Below the pieces are notes generated by a model. That model was given only the letters and a program-made list of their open reading frames with translations, was not told where the DNA came from and searched no databases. DNA of 64,000 nt, from assembly GCA_963662585.1 (NCBI GenBank), contig OY759729.1, forward strand, positions 1,504,001 to 1,568,000, in the 5' to 3' direction. Below are positions 48,980-60,394 of this stretch, one piece after another. The position numbers and the translations under genes are program-made. The stretch comes from Candidatus Cloacimonadales bacterium. GTDB lineage: Bacteria; Cloacimonadota; Cloacimonadia; Cloacimonadales; JAFGVF01. Positions within the stretch are counted from its first letter, which is position 1. Each line of letters begins with the position of its first letter.

Positions 48980-51232
48980 TTATTTCATTAAGATCATTTT
49001 CTTAGTTGAAGTATATTTTCCAGATTTCATTCTATAGAAGAATACACCAGAAGCAAGGCTATTACCACTGTCATCTTTACCATTCCAAACTACAATATGA
49101 TTACCTGCTTGTCTATTTTCATTAAGAAGAGTTCTTACTTTCTGCCCTTTAATATTAAATACATCAATAGAGACTGGTCCATTCTTTTTAGTAGTGAAAG
49201 AGATAGTAGTCTCAGGGTTGAAGGGGTTAGGATAGTTTCCTTTAAGTTGAGAAGCACAAACAATATCATTAATATTATTATCCCAACTAGGTGCTTGATA
49301 AATGAGGACATCATCAACCGTGAACATAAAGGCATCTGAAGATACACATTGGATAGCTAATCTAACTGTTTGGTTTTCAAAATCACTTAAATCATAAGAG
49401 AATTCTGTCCAATCAGTAGGAGCTTCGACGAAGGACCCATCTGAGATTAAATAGAAATCATTAGGATTTGTATAGCCACTAGAAATTAAGACTCTAAATC
49501 TTTCCAAACCATAAATATTTGTGATTGATTTAGCCCAGAAATTAAAAGCACCTGAAAAGCCGAGAGTTACCTCTTGAGTAATGATCCAATCATTGTTATC
49601 AGTCGTAGTTGAAGCAAAACAGGCCATGTATTTTGAGCCATTGTGCGGTTGATAATCTGCTGATAAAGGAGGAGTTGTCATTGCTGGATTGAATACGATA
49701 TATGATTGTGGAGCTTCGGCATTTTCCCATGAAGTGTCTGTAATGGAATAAGTACTTGATAAATCGCTATCTACTAAAATCCATGCACCTGCTTCTAAAG
49801 CAAAGTCCGGATATGTTTCAAAGCCATCATTAAACAAGACAAATGATTCTGCAAGAAAGAAATCAATAGTTGTAACTTGATTACAAACAAGGGTTACTTC
49901 TTGAGTTAAGCTAATATAACCGTATGCTGTAGCAGTGATATTATAATCACCTACAAGAAGATCTGTGAATAAGTAATAACCAGCAGAATTTGTGGTAGCA
50001 ATAGTTCCAGCTAAATTAACAGAAGCACCTGTAATAGGAGCTCCAGTTTCATCCATTACAAGTCCCTCAACAGTTCCATACATATCTTTTAACAATTCGT
50101 TAGATAATGTAACTGGCGATACAAGGTCATTTGTATAGATAGCCTTCACAGCGTATTTATATGCTCCGGAAGGTAAACTAGTCCAAGCTGTATCAGTAAA
50201 ACTTAAATCTGTAATTATTTCATCGGTTAGACTTGTCCAGTTAGCTTCATTATCTTGGTCAGAAGTTAATAATCTCCAGACTCTATAACCTTCACAGGCT
50301 CTAGTACTAGTAGGGCTAACGCTTGTTTCTGAAGCACCAAGTCTAAATTTAGTATCTTTAGTAGCATGAGAGTTAGCTCTTCGAAAATCGTTTCTAGCTG
50401 TAGCTGAAGCAACTTGTCTGTTAGGAGAGAATGAAACAAAAGCTTGCAAGCCCCAATTAATACTTAAACTTGTTAATTCTGAAAGGGTATCCCAATTTTC
50501 TTGACCTTCAAATTTTATCATATCTCCCCCAGGAACAACAGGTCCAGCATCACAGCCAAAATGAAAACCTGAAGGGTTATTAACAATATAGCCAAAGAAG
50601 ATTGGTCCACTCGCCGGAATAGCAACTGAAGAATCTAAGATAACCTCCCTCCATTCATCACTAACACCACTAGTTACTTCTTGTGTATATAATTCAGTGC
50701 TACCAGCAAAGCCTCCCCAGACTCCAACTGTATAAGAGGTCATTGCTCCACTTGGAAAGAATTTAATTGCATTAATATACATTCCTTGATAACTAACTAA
50801 TTCAGCTTCAGTATACTTTTGAGATACAGCAATTATGCTTCCTTCACCGGTCCCAAAATATTCTTCATTCCCGACAGTTGCTTTTGTAACCCACTCCCCT
50901 GTATTTTCTCCGTTGGGAGCAGCCCAAGTAATTAGGGCCTCATCCCCTTCCACAGTAGCAATCACGCTAGTAACAGGGAATGGTATTTCTTTAACTATCA
51001 CTTGATCTACAGCGTAATCAGTTTCAGAGACTATAGTGGTGAATGGGGTTGTTGAGCAAATTTCCTTGATATTAATAGTTATGATATCCCGCTCAGCTTT
51101 AGAAGTAAACTCATTAATTTGTTGGTTGGTTACCTGCTTATTTTGGATAACTTCCCCTGTAGGTATTTCAAAAGCTACAATACTCGTTACCAGCAAAAGA
51201 CATTGCACTATTGTTATTAAAACTCTCTTCAT
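48980..51232 (-). CDS. Secreted surface protein: FN3-like, carboxypeptidase-regulatory-like and cleaved-adhesin (choice-of-anchor J) domains, FlgD-like CTD
   Basis: Signal peptide, 'GFETYPDF...NNDWIIT...GLERF...FMFTVDDV' and 'NYPNPFNPETTISF...KKMILMK'; paralog of the C-terminal part of the next gene. Confidence 0.8.
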   Translation of the reverse strand: MKRVLITIVQCLLLVTSIVAFEIPTGEVIQNKQVTNQQINEFTSKAERDIITINIKEICSTTPFTTIVSETDYAVDQVIVKEIPFPVTSVIATVEGDEALITWAAPNGENTGEWVTKATVGNEEYFGTGEGSIIAVSQKYTEAELVSYQGMYINAIKFFPSGAMTSYTVGVWGGFAGSTELYTQEVTSGVSDEWREVILDSSVAIPASGPIFFGYIVNNPSGFHFGCDAGPVVPGGDMIKFEGQENWDTLSELTSLSINWGLQAFVSFSPNRQVASATARNDFRRANSHATKDTKFRLGASETSVSPTSTRACEGYRVWRLLTSDQDNEANWTSLTDEIITDLSFTDTAWTSLPSGAYKYAVKAIYTNDLVSPVTLSNELLKDMYGTVEGLVMDETGAPITGASVNLAGTIATTNSAGYYLFTDLLVGDYNITATAYGYISLTQEVTLVCNQVTTIDFFLAESFVLFNDGFETYPDFALEAGAWILVDSDLSSTYSITDTSWENAEAPQSYIVFNPAMTTPPLSADYQPHNGSKYMACFASTTTDNNDWIITQEVTLGFSGAFNFWAKSITNIYGLERFRVLISSGYTNPNDFYLISDGSFVEAPTDWTEFSYDLSDFENQTVRLAIQCVSSDAFMFTVDDVLIYQAPSWDNNINDIVCASQLKGNYPNPFNPETTISFTTKKNGPVSIDVFNIKGQKVRTLLNENRQAGNHIVVWNGKDDSGNSLASGVFFYRMKSGKYTSTKKMILMK

Positions 51233-51626
51233 AACTTTCCTCTTTACTCTTTCCTCTTTACTCTTTACTCTTTACTCTTAATAATTGTAGCAAACAAGAT
51301 TTTAATGTCAAGTAGATTTTAATTAATTATTAAAATCACCATATATTATCCAAAAACTCAGAGATATCGTCGTAGTCAACAATTTGTCTTTTAGGGATTT
51401 CTCAGTATGATTATTTTAGATAGATTTTGCAGCCAGTTTAATATACAGCTTTAATCTAAATAGGTAATTTAGATTTATTCTTTTTAAGAAAATGCTATTC
51501 ACAAAAACCTTTTTCATTATTTGGCTTTGATGAGGAATTTATTGAACTTTGTCTAATTGTATCTTTTCTAAGACAAAAGGAAGCCCCGCTTTCACGGGGC
51601 TTATATATTTTATCAGTTACCTGATA

Positions 51627-54600
51627 TTATTTCATAAGAATCATTTTCTTAGTTGAAGTATATTTTCCAGATTTCATTCTATAGAAGAATACACCAGAAG
51701 CAACATTCTTACCATTATCGTCAGTACCATTCCAGACAACAGTGTGAGGACCAGCTACCATGTTTTCATTAACAAGAGCTTTCACTTTTTGACCTCTGAT
51801 ATTGAAGATATCAATAGCTACAGGACCGTTTTCTTTTGTTGAGAAAGCGATTCTAGTTTCAGGGTTGAATGGGTTAGGGTAGTTTCCAATAAGTTGAGAT
51901 ACAGCAGCGATATCAGTAGTATCGTTACCAGTTCCACCAGGAGCATCAATAGCTACATCATCTACCATGAAGATAAATGCGTCATTAGATACACATTGGA
52001 TAGCAACTCTGATATTTTGGTTAGCATAAGCATCTAAACTATAAGAATATTCTGTCCATGTTGTAGGAGCTTCAACATAAGTTCCACCTGAGATTGATGT
52101 AAAGTCATTAGGATTTGTTGATCCGTTAGAAACTAATACATTAAATCTTTCAAGACCATACTGGTCAGTGATTGATTTACCCCAGAAGTTAAATGAACCA
52201 GAAGCACCAAGAGTAAACTCTTGAGTAATCATCCAGTCGTTATTTGTAGGAGTAGTAGAAGCAAAAGCAGCCATATATTTCACACCAGTATGAGCATAAT
52301 AATCTTCAGCTAAAGCTGGAGTAGTCATAGTAGGGTTGAAAACAATGTAAGCTTGAGGAGCTTCAGCATTTTCCCAAGTAGTATTAGTGATTGAATAAGT
52401 ACCTGATAAGTCACCATCGATTAAAGTCCATGGAGCAGCTTCTAAAGCAAAGTCAGGATATGATTCGAAACTATCACTAATAAGGATATTAGAAGTAGCA
52501 AGTTCGAAATCAACTGTTGTAAGTTGAGTTCCAACTACAGTGATATTTTGAGTTGATGAAACATAACCAGCAGCAGAAGCAGTGATACTATATTCACCAG
52601 CAAAAACATCTGTGAATAAGAAGTAACCAGAAGCATCTGTAGTAGTCATAGTTCCGTCTAAATTAACAGAAGCACCATTAATTGGAGCACCTGCTTCAGT
52701 CATAACCATACCATCAACTGTTCCATACATATCTTTCAATAATACATTAGAGAAAGCAGCAGGAGACATATTGTCGTTAGTATAGATAGCTTTAACAGCA
52801 AATTTATATGAACCTGAGCTTAAAGCATCCCAAGTTGCATCTGTGTGTGTTAAATCAGTAATCATGTTAGTTGTAAGAAGAGTCCAGTTAGCTTCATTAC
52901 CTTGATCAGTAGCTAAGAATCTCCAAACTTTATAGCCTAAAAGTTCTCTAGTAGAGATAGTAGAGGCATTAACGATTGGTTCTAAGTTACCACTAACAAG
53001 TTGAGCAGTTTCGTTTGCTTGAGTGTTAGCTTTTTGGATAAGTCTTCTGCCTTCAGTTGAAGCAACTTGAGCACCTCTTGACCATGAAACATAAGCTTGG
53101 ATATTCCAGTTAACATTAATAGTAGTGATATCTGAAAGAACATCCCAATCTGCTTGGTCGTTTAATTTAACCATATCTCCACCAGGAACAGCAGGACCAG
53201 CATCACAACCACCAGGATAACCAGTAGTAGTATTTACATAGTAACCAATATAAAGAGGACCTGCAGCAGGTATAGCTACTGAAGAATCTAATGTATATTC
53301 GTTCCAAGCTTCGTTAACAAAATCTGTAACAGCTTGACTATATAATTCTGTATTACCATCAGCGCCACCATATATTTTTAAAGTATAAGTTGCAGCAGCT
53401 TCTCTTGGGAATATTTTCATTGAATTGATATACATTCCTTGGTAATCAGCTAATTCAGCTTCTGTGTAAAGGTGAGCGAAGTTAAATGTACCAGCACCAC
53501 CAGTACCGATACCATCATTATTTTCTTCTGAAGCTTTAGTAATCCATTCACCAGCACCACCACCACCAGGAACATTCCAAGTGATTACAGCGTCTTCGTC
53601 AACTTGTTCAGCAAGAACAGCTGTTGGAGGTAAAGCAACTTCATTTAAAGTAACATCAAGAGTTACATCAGCAGAAGCATCAACTTCAGAAGTGTAGCCA
53701 GTGAAACCAGCAGCTGTAATGTTAATGTCATACATGCCAACATTAACAGTAATAACAGCAGTACCTGAAGCATCAGTCATTGCATCATACATGTCATATT
53801 CGCCATCAGGATTTGGAGTTTGAGCCATTAATGCGATATTAGCATCAGCAATTGCTCCACCTAAGTTTGAATCAACATTAACTGTGATTTCAGCCATAGC
53901 TGAGTTTTGTAACCAGTTTGAGATAGAAGCATTAGCTTCAGCACCGTTAGTATAAACAGCTTTAACAGCATATTTATAGAAACCAGTAGGAAGAGTTGAC
54001 CAATCTGTATCAGTATAAGTTAAAGCAGTAGTTTCTTCTTCAACTAAAGTCCAGTTAGCCATATTAGCTTCGTCTGCAATTAAGAAACGATATACATTAT
54101 AAGCTTCAAATGCACGAGTGTTATTAGTAGCAACACTCATAGCAGGAGCTTCGTTTGGATTCTTTTTATTTCTAGTAATTCTTGTAACATTAGATGTTCT
54201 TACAGCTTTGCTTACAGAAGTAAGTTCATTAGCTCTGATACTTCTACCACCGATATTAATATTATCGATATATGTAGCATACCATAAACCTTGACCATCA
54301 CCATCAACAAAGTTCCATGCGAATTGAACAGTTTGTCCAGCATAAGCACTTAAGTCAATAACGATAGGAGCATCATAATGATTTTCAGCTGGAGCAAGGT
54401 CAGAAGCATTCCAGATTGGAGTCCAGTTTGTTCCATCAGTTGATACTTTAACATAGTAGCTATCACCATATTCTGAACCATATTGACCGTAGAAATCAAA
54501 AGTTAGGTTTCCAGCAGGACAGTTCATTGAGTTTGTAATTAACCATTCGTCTTGAGCTGCATAATCCCACATAACACCAGCTTGATACATTCCTTCAGTA

Positions 54601-56732
54601 GGAACGATGTCGCCAGTTGAGAAAGTAACAGTTTCATATTGTGCCCAAGATTGAGTTGTATTAGTTACAACAGTAGTCCAGTTTGCAGGAGGGAAAGATT
54701 CTTCAAAGCCTTCTTGAACACTTTCACCAACATTAGGATTAGGAGCATCCCAAGTAACAAGAGCATTATTGCCATCTAAAGTAGCAAGAACATTTGAAGC
54801 AGGGAATAAAGTTTCAGTAACTAAAATAGTACCGAGATCTAAATCAGCTTCAGCAACAACAGCTTGGAAAGCACCAGCTTGGTAACCTTCAGCAGTTGCA
54901 GTACCAGCATAAGTTTGGTTAGTGAATACACCAGCAATAGTGAAGTAACCATTAGCATCAGTGTCAGCTTCGTAGTTTTCATAACCAGTAAGCATAACAT
55001 GAGCTTGGATTCCCATACCAGTATCATTAGTGATAACTTGACCAGAAACTTCTACATTATCAAGCATAGCCATAGTTACATTAACCATAGTTTCTTGATC
55101 TTCCACAACATCAAATGTTGCAGTTCCGTTATTGTATCCGTGTAATGTAGCTGTTAAAGTATAATCTTCAGCTGCAGCAACATAAGGGAATTCAAAGCTA
55201 CCGTCAGCTGTTGACATTGTTTGATAGTTAGTACCATCAATAACAAGGTTAACACCAGCTAAACCAGTTGTACCGTCAGTAACAGTACCAGCAACAGAAC
55301 CCATACCTTCAACGATGAAGTAGAAAGTAGCATTAGGCATGTTAGCAACAGTTGTTCCACCTTCCATAGCATTTGGATCAAAGTCAACAGTATCACTCTG
55401 CCAAGAAATAGTTCTAGCAGTTAAATCTGTAACTGTATTATAGAATTTATCACTTGATGAGTAATATTCTTCATCCATAACTCTTTCAGTAAGAACAACT
55501 AAGTTTCCACCTGCATAGTTATAAGGAGTATCGAATGTGATATTTATTGAGTTTTGTCCCATTGGGAAATCAACAGTACCAGCAAAAACAGCTGTTAATT
55601 CAGAAGCTGGGATATATGTAGATAAATCAGTTTGTGTTGTTTCACCAATCCAGATATTAACAGGCATAGCTGTAAGATCTGTAACGAAGTTGTTATAATA
55701 AGTAAGACCTTGCATTTGGCCACCGATATTTAACTCTTCAGCTAAATAGATAGTTTCTGCAACAGAATTCTTATAGTAGAAGTTCCAAGGATATTGGTTA
55801 GCACTTGTAGTACCATTACCAACAGGAACAGCAACAATTCCGCCACCAGCTTCAGTAGTGAAGCTCCAAACAGGACCATTAACTACTAAATCATTAGCGG
55901 TATTACGAGATTTAACTCTCCAGTAATAAGTTGTAAGATTTTCAAGAGCTGCAGCTTCATAAGAAGTTACATTCTGACCATCAACAACCATAGCACTTGC
56001 AGCCATTGTAGCTACATCAGCAAGAACAGCTGAGAAATAAACATCAACATCAGTTGTGTTTTCGCCTAAAGTCCATTCTAAAGTTGTTGTAGTTGTAACA
56101 TTAACTGCACCATCTAAGGGAGCAACTAAAGTAGCAACACTTGGCTCATTTTCAGCATCAAAAGAAAGTTTTAAATTAGGGAAATAAGTAACATTTGTAC
56201 CATCAACAGCTGGGAATTCTCCATCAGCATATTTATAAGCACCAACATTAGTTCCTAAATCAGTTGTATAGAATCCTGGATAACCCGATACATAAGTACC
56301 ATCCCAGTTTTCCCATACGATTTGAAGATTGTCAGTTCCATTATACTCAAAAGGAGTATCTAACATAACACCTTGCCAGCCACTACCGTCCCAAGTGATT
56401 GCACCGTTATAAACTAAGGTGAAACCAGCAGTTTCAGGATTTGGGTAAGCCACAGGGACTTCAGCATCAGTTGTGTGTTTGAAGTAGATTTTTTGATTTA
56501 ATGTTTCATAACCCGCAGGTGTATTACTTACATTAAATTGAATCTGGTTAAGTTCAACTTCCATACCTATAAGGTCGGCGTCAATGATAAAATTTGACCA
56601 ACTATAATCATAAAAACCATATAATGGCATATAATTCGTAGTGGTGGTTCCGTTTCCAATTTCGATATCCATAGCGAAAATGGATGAAAAAGTCAATAGT
56701 AGTGCCAATAAAATTAGCCCGTTCTTTTTCAT
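51627..56732 (-). CDS. Large secreted surface/adhesin-like protein (1701 aa) with repeated FN3, carboxypeptidase-regulatory-like and cleaved-adhesin domains, FlgD-like CTD
   Basis: Signal peptide, repeated 'YKYAVKAVY/YKFAVKAIY' FN3-like units, two adhesin-like domains and CTD 'NYPNPFNPETRIAF...KKMILMK'. Confidence 0.82.
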   Translation of the reverse strand: MKKNGLILLALLLTFSSIFAMDIEIGNGTTTTNYMPLYGFYDYSWSNFIIDADLIGMEVELNQIQFNVSNTPAGYETLNQKIYFKHTTDAEVPVAYPNPETAGFTLVYNGAITWDGSGWQGVMLDTPFEYNGTDNLQIVWENWDGTYVSGYPGFYTTDLGTNVGAYKYADGEFPAVDGTNVTYFPNLKLSFDAENEPSVATLVAPLDGAVNVTTTTTLEWTLGENTTDVDVYFSAVLADVATMAASAMVVDGQNVTSYEAAALENLTTYYWRVKSRNTANDLVVNGPVWSFTTEAGGGIVAVPVGNGTTSANQYPWNFYYKNSVAETIYLAEELNIGGQMQGLTYYNNFVTDLTAMPVNIWIGETTQTDLSTYIPASELTAVFAGTVDFPMGQNSINITFDTPYNYAGGNLVVLTERVMDEEYYSSSDKFYNTVTDLTARTISWQSDTVDFDPNAMEGGTTVANMPNATFYFIVEGMGSVAGTVTDGTTGLAGVNLVIDGTNYQTMSTADGSFEFPYVAAAEDYTLTATLHGYNNGTATFDVVEDQETMVNVTMAMLDNVEVSGQVITNDTGMGIQAHVMLTGYENYEADTDANGYFTIAGVFTNQTYAGTATAEGYQAGAFQAVVAEADLDLGTILVTETLFPASNVLATLDGNNALVTWDAPNPNVGESVQEGFEESFPPANWTTVVTNTTQSWAQYETVTFSTGDIVPTEGMYQAGVMWDYAAQDEWLITNSMNCPAGNLTFDFYGQYGSEYGDSYYVKVSTDGTNWTPIWNASDLAPAENHYDAPIVIDLSAYAGQTVQFAWNFVDGDGQGLWYATYIDNINIGGRSIRANELTSVSKAVRTSNVTRITRNKKNPNEAPAMSVATNNTRAFEAYNVYRFLIADEANMANWTLVEEETTALTYTDTDWSTLPTGFYKYAVKAVYTNGAEANASISNWLQNSAMAEITVNVDSNLGGAIADANIALMAQTPNPDGEYDMYDAMTDASGTAVITVNVGMYDINITAAGFTGYTSEVDASADVTLDVTLNEVALPPTAVLAEQVDEDAVITWNVPGGGGAGEWITKASEENNDGIGTGGAGTFNFAHLYTEAELADYQGMYINSMKIFPREAAATYTLKIYGGADGNTELYSQAVTDFVNEAWNEYTLDSSVAIPAAGPLYIGYYVNTTTGYPGGCDAGPAVPGGDMVKLNDQADWDVLSDITTINVNWNIQAYVSWSRGAQVASTEGRRLIQKANTQANETAQLVSGNLEPIVNASTISTRELLGYKVWRFLATDQGNEANWTLLTTNMITDLTHTDATWDALSSGSYKFAVKAIYTNDNMSPAAFSNVLLKDMYGTVDGMVMTEAGAPINGASVNLDGTMTTTDASGYFLFTDVFAGEYSITASAAGYVSSTQNITVVGTQLTTVDFELATSNILISDSFESYPDFALEAAPWTLIDGDLSGTYSITNTTWENAEAPQAYIVFNPTMTTPALAEDYYAHTGVKYMAAFASTTPTNNDWMITQEFTLGASGSFNFWGKSITDQYGLERFNVLVSNGSTNPNDFTSISGGTYVEAPTTWTEYSYSLDAYANQNIRVAIQCVSNDAFIFMVDDVAIDAPGGTGNDTTDIAAVSQLIGNYPNPFNPETRIAFSTKENGPVAIDIFNIRGQKVKALVNENMVAGPHTVVWNGTDDNGKNVASGVFFYRMKSGKYTSTKKMILMK

Positions 56733-57010
56733 AACAATATCTCCTTTACTTAAGTGTTTTGTTATTTAGTTAATTTCATGCTTAGTTTATAGCGAATAAA
56801 CTAAGTTATTCATCTAAATCAATCCGCTAATTCAATTCAAGGAATAAGAAATAATCCCTAAATAAAAATTCTATGAACAATTATATTGAAGTAGGGTAAG
56901 ATTTGTCAATAGCTTTTTTAATTATTTTGATATTTATTACATCTTATAAAGCTAAAGTTATCTGATAAATTCAATTAAGCCCCTACTTGAGTGATAAAGA
57001 AATTTTGAAA

Positions 57011-59278
57011 TTATATCCTATGAACATTATTTATGTAATCAGAATAAAACTCTATTTTGTCTTTTAGAACTTTAGTATCAACAGGTTTGGAGAGGAAGTC
57101 ACTAAAGCCTGCCTCGAGAAAAGCTTCTTTATCCCCTGGCATGGCTTGGGCAGTTAAAGCAATCACGGGAATATTTTTTAGTCTATTATCCTTCCTGATT
57201 AGTTTCACTGTTTCTACACCATCCAAGATTGGCATCTGAATATCCAGAATAACTAAATCAGCCCAATTGCTATCTAAAAAGTCTAGAGCTTCTTCTCCAT
57301 TATTAACAATTGTAAAATCTACATTTATTCTTTTAAAGATATGGAGCATCAATTTCTGATTAATCACATTATCTTCAGCAATCAGTATTTTCATCATATT
57401 TAACTGCTTACTTATTGCAGTTTCCTTATTTATATCACTTAGATTATTCAGAGCGAAAACAGTAATTGGTATCTGAATGGTAAATTTAGCCCCTTTTGCA
57501 AGTTCCGATTCTACAAATATTTTACCATGAAGCATTTCTATAAAATTCTTAGTTATTGCTAAGCCAAGTCCTGTACCTTGCGCCTTTAACTGATGATGAC
57601 TTTCTATCTGTTGGAAATTCTCGAAGATTTTCTCATAATCTTCTGAAGATATACCTATACCAGTATCGATTATTTCAAAGATCATTTGATTATCTTGATA
57701 ATCAACATTTAAAGTAACACCGCCATTATCAGTAAATTTGATAGCGTTATTAATTACATTAGTAAGAATCTGAAATATCTTCTGTTTATCGGAATTAATA
57801 AATTCCGGAACTGTCTCAGACTTGTTAATTTTAAAGTAGAGGCCTTTTTTATGGCTATTATTTTGGAATAAGCCACTAATAACAACTAATAATTTATCTA
57901 TTGAGAAGGTAGCTATTTTAACCTTGATTTTGCCAAACTCAATTTTTGATAGGTCAAGAATATCATTAATAATATTCATTAAATAGCCTGCAGAATCTTT
58001 GATTAGATTTAACTTATCAATTTTAATTTCATCTTTCTCATCCTGAAGAATAACTTCAGTAAAACCAATTATAGCATTCATCGGAGTTCTGATCTCATGA
58101 CTCATATTAGCTAGGAATTGAGATTTAGCTTTATTAGCATTGTGGGCTTGAATAGCTAAATCATTAGCTTTCTTATTACTTTCTAGCAAATTATTTTCTG
58201 TTTCAATCCTCTTTTCGATCTCTTGAGAGAGTAATAGATTATTCTCAGCAATCTCTTCATTCTTTTTTTTCTCTATCTCAAGCTGTGTCTGAACCCTTAA
58301 TTGCTTCATATTAGCGCGGTGGGCATAAAATAAAAGGAGTAGAATGAAGACACTAAAAATAACAAGTCCTATTATTAGCCAACTTGACCATATTTTCCCT
58401 AATAAAAGGTTCTTGGGATAAATTAGTATTATTTCAAGCTCACTATTATTAATAGGGTATCTGCCAATATAAGCAACGGTTTTTTTAGATTTATCTAGAT
58501 TATATAAATTATATTTAGTAGGTGAACTTACTGAGATCATGCTTAGTTCAGGGAAGTGTTTTCGATCATAATCATTAAAAATGAAATTTTCACTTATCTC
58601 ATCTTCATATCCTTTGGCCAAGAGAATTTTCTTGGATCCACCATATTTTCTAAAGACTCCACCCAAAATTATATCATCATTGATTTCAGCAATGAGCATA
58701 CCTTTAAAGACATTATCTTCATAGTATGGGTGAGTAATAAGAAAATAGTAACGCCCTTCGATAAAGAGAACTTTATACTGAGTGCTGTCATGATTGTGTG
58801 AAATATTATCGCGAAAATTTAAAAAATCAATCTGCTTATTAAAGTCAGAATCAGATTCATCAAATATCTTACTGCTGTGGCTATCTACAAAGACTATACG
58901 ACGATATAAATTTATATTATCTATAAATTCTTTTTTTATATGATTCAAAAAAGCTCTTTCTACTTCTTTTTTAGCTGAATCAATAACACTCTGGGAAGAG
59001 TTAGGATCCTCAGAGAGCAAGAAGTAATCTTTTAAAGGAAGATTATTGCTAAATATCTCAATATTATTTTTACATATTATGCTCCAATATTCCAAAGATT
59101 TAGCATCATTCATTACTTGAGAGTTTAGGTCACTAATAGATCTTTCTTCCAGTTCTTTAATTGATTTATATTGAGTTGTCAGGAAAAAAATCATATAACC
59201 GATTAATATTATGAATACGGATATTGTTGTTAAATTTTGTTTATGTTTTTTTAGCATATTACCTTTTAAAATATTCAA
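57011..59278 (-). CDS. Hybrid sensor histidine kinase/response regulator
   Basis: Two TM helices, [31 protein letters not shown] and receiver 'LIAEDN..LDIQMP..KP'. Confidence 0.95.
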   Translation of the reverse strand: MNILKGNMLKKHKQNLTTISVFIILIGYMIFFLTTQYKSIKELEERSISDLNSQVMNDAKSLEYWSIICKNNIEIFSNNLPLKDYFLLSEDPNSSQSVIDSAKKEVERAFLNHIKKEFIDNINLYRRIVFVDSHSSKIFDESDSDFNKQIDFLNFRDNISHNHDSTQYKVLFIEGRYYFLITHPYYEDNVFKGMLIAEINDDIILGGVFRKYGGSKKILLAKGYEDEISENFIFNDYDRKHFPELSMISVSSPTKYNLYNLDKSKKTVAYIGRYPINNSELEIILIYPKNLLLGKIWSSWLIIGLVIFSVFILLLLFYAHRANMKQLRVQTQLEIEKKKNEEIAENNLLLSQEIEKRIETENNLLESNKKANDLAIQAHNANKAKSQFLANMSHEIRTPMNAIIGFTEVILQDEKDEIKIDKLNLIKDSAGYLMNIINDILDLSKIEFGKIKVKIATFSIDKLLVVISGLFQNNSHKKGLYFKINKSETVPEFINSDKQKIFQILTNVINNAIKFTDNGGVTLNVDYQDNQMIFEIIDTGIGISSEDYEKIFENFQQIESHHQLKAQGTGLGLAITKNFIEMLHGKIFVESELAKGAKFTIQIPITVFALNNLSDINKETAISKQLNMMKILIAEDNVINQKLMLHIFKRINVDFTIVNNGEEALDFLDSNWADLVILDIQMPILDGVETVKLIRKDNRLKNIPVIALTAQAMPGDKEAFLEAGFSDFLSKPVDTKVLKDKIEFYSDYINNVHRI

Positions 59279-59287
59279 TAGTTATTA

Positions 59288-60052
59288 TTATTGAAAAATA
59301 TCTTTTTTGCTAATTTCACCTTCAACAACTATAACTGAGATATCATCATCAGAATTGTTGTTAAGTGCTTTATTAACTAGATCAATACTCTTATCCCTTA
59401 CTGACTTATCTTCGGAGAGGCTCTTCTCCACATCTCCATCAGTAACAAAATCTGTCAGACCATCTGAGCAAAGAATGAATTGAAAATAATCTTTAAGAAT
59501 ACCTGAATAATAATGAGGTTGAATATTTTCTTTCAACCCTAAAGCTGCAGTGATTATATTTTTATCAATCTGATTAATTATCTCGCCCTTTTTGATTAAT
59601 CCTTCTTTAAAGCGTAGCCACACTCGACTATCTTCATCATTAATTTGTCTAAAACCAATTTTATCTCGCAAGTAAACTCTACTATCTCCCACACTAAATA
59701 CATGGTAGCTATTATCAATAGTTAACAAGCCGACCACAGTGCTAGATAATCGTGGATAATTAGGATTTTGTCGGGAATATTCTAGGATATCGTTATTAAT
59801 CTGGGTTAAAATTTGCCTTAAATACTCTTCAATGTTCTCATAATTATCTCTAAGATTTGAGAATATTTTTTCAAATTTAGTAACAATCATCTTGGAAGCA
59901 ATATCTCCCCCAGCATAGCCTCCAACCCCATCACAAATCATAAATAATGCTGTGTTGAATATATTATTCCTTGATAAACTGAGACTATTGTCTTCGTTTT
60001 TCTCATGTTTTTTACCTTTTTGAGATATCGACCAATATTCAATTTTTAGCAC
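59288..60052 (-). CDS. PP2C-family Ser/Thr protein phosphatase
   Basis: NED, ICDGVGG, VGDSRVY, LCSDGL and DDISVI motifs; GTG start after AAGGAG. Confidence 0.92.
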   Translation of the reverse strand: MLKIEYWSISQKGKKHEKNEDNSLSLSRNNIFNTALFMICDGVGGYAGGDIASKMIVTKFEKIFSNLRDNYENIEEYLRQILTQINNDILEYSRQNPNYPRLSSTVVGLLTIDNSYHVFSVGDSRVYLRDKIGFRQINDEDSRVWLRFKEGLIKKGEIINQIDKNIITAALGLKENIQPHYYSGILKDYFQFILCSDGLTDFVTDGDVEKSLSEDKSVRDKSIDLVNKALNNNSDDDISVIVVEGEISKKDIFQ

Positions 60053-60260
60053 TATTTCTCCTTACCATTTTTAAAAAAATAATTTTAAACTACGACTTAG
60101 CAACATTTTATTTATTTTGAGATTTTTATTTCAACTGAATCAATATTGTTTGATTAGTTTTTCTTGTAAATTTATTTTTTTTTAAAAGTTCTTTTTCCCC
60201 GTAATTAAAAGTTCTAATGATAGAAAATAATATAAATTAATCAAATTTTTAAAATTCTTA

Positions 60261-60394
60261 TTGACAGTATTTTTCCTAACTATATAAAATGTAAGTGTAA
60301 TACGAACTTGTGAAAACAGTTCTCCTTAATAATGGGTTGGCATGTAATGGAGGTAAGCGTTAACTAGTAGTTAACGCTTCCTCTTTTTCTTTTT
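60261..60394 (+). ncRNA. Candidate ~95-nt small RNA (promoter plus terminator, no ORF)
   Basis: TTGACA at 60261 with a TATAAAAT -10 region at ~60283-60290. Strong terminator AAGCGTTAACT-AGT-AGTTAACGCTT plus T tract at 60355-60394. Confidence 0.5.

Noticed and set aside
44524..53640. Diversity-generating retroelement or retron (RT next to near-duplicate 3' gene ends)
   Set aside because: The RT has group II motifs and flanking domain V/VI. The duplicated 3' ends are both within intact genes, their differences are not adenine-restricted, and no avd-like gene is present.
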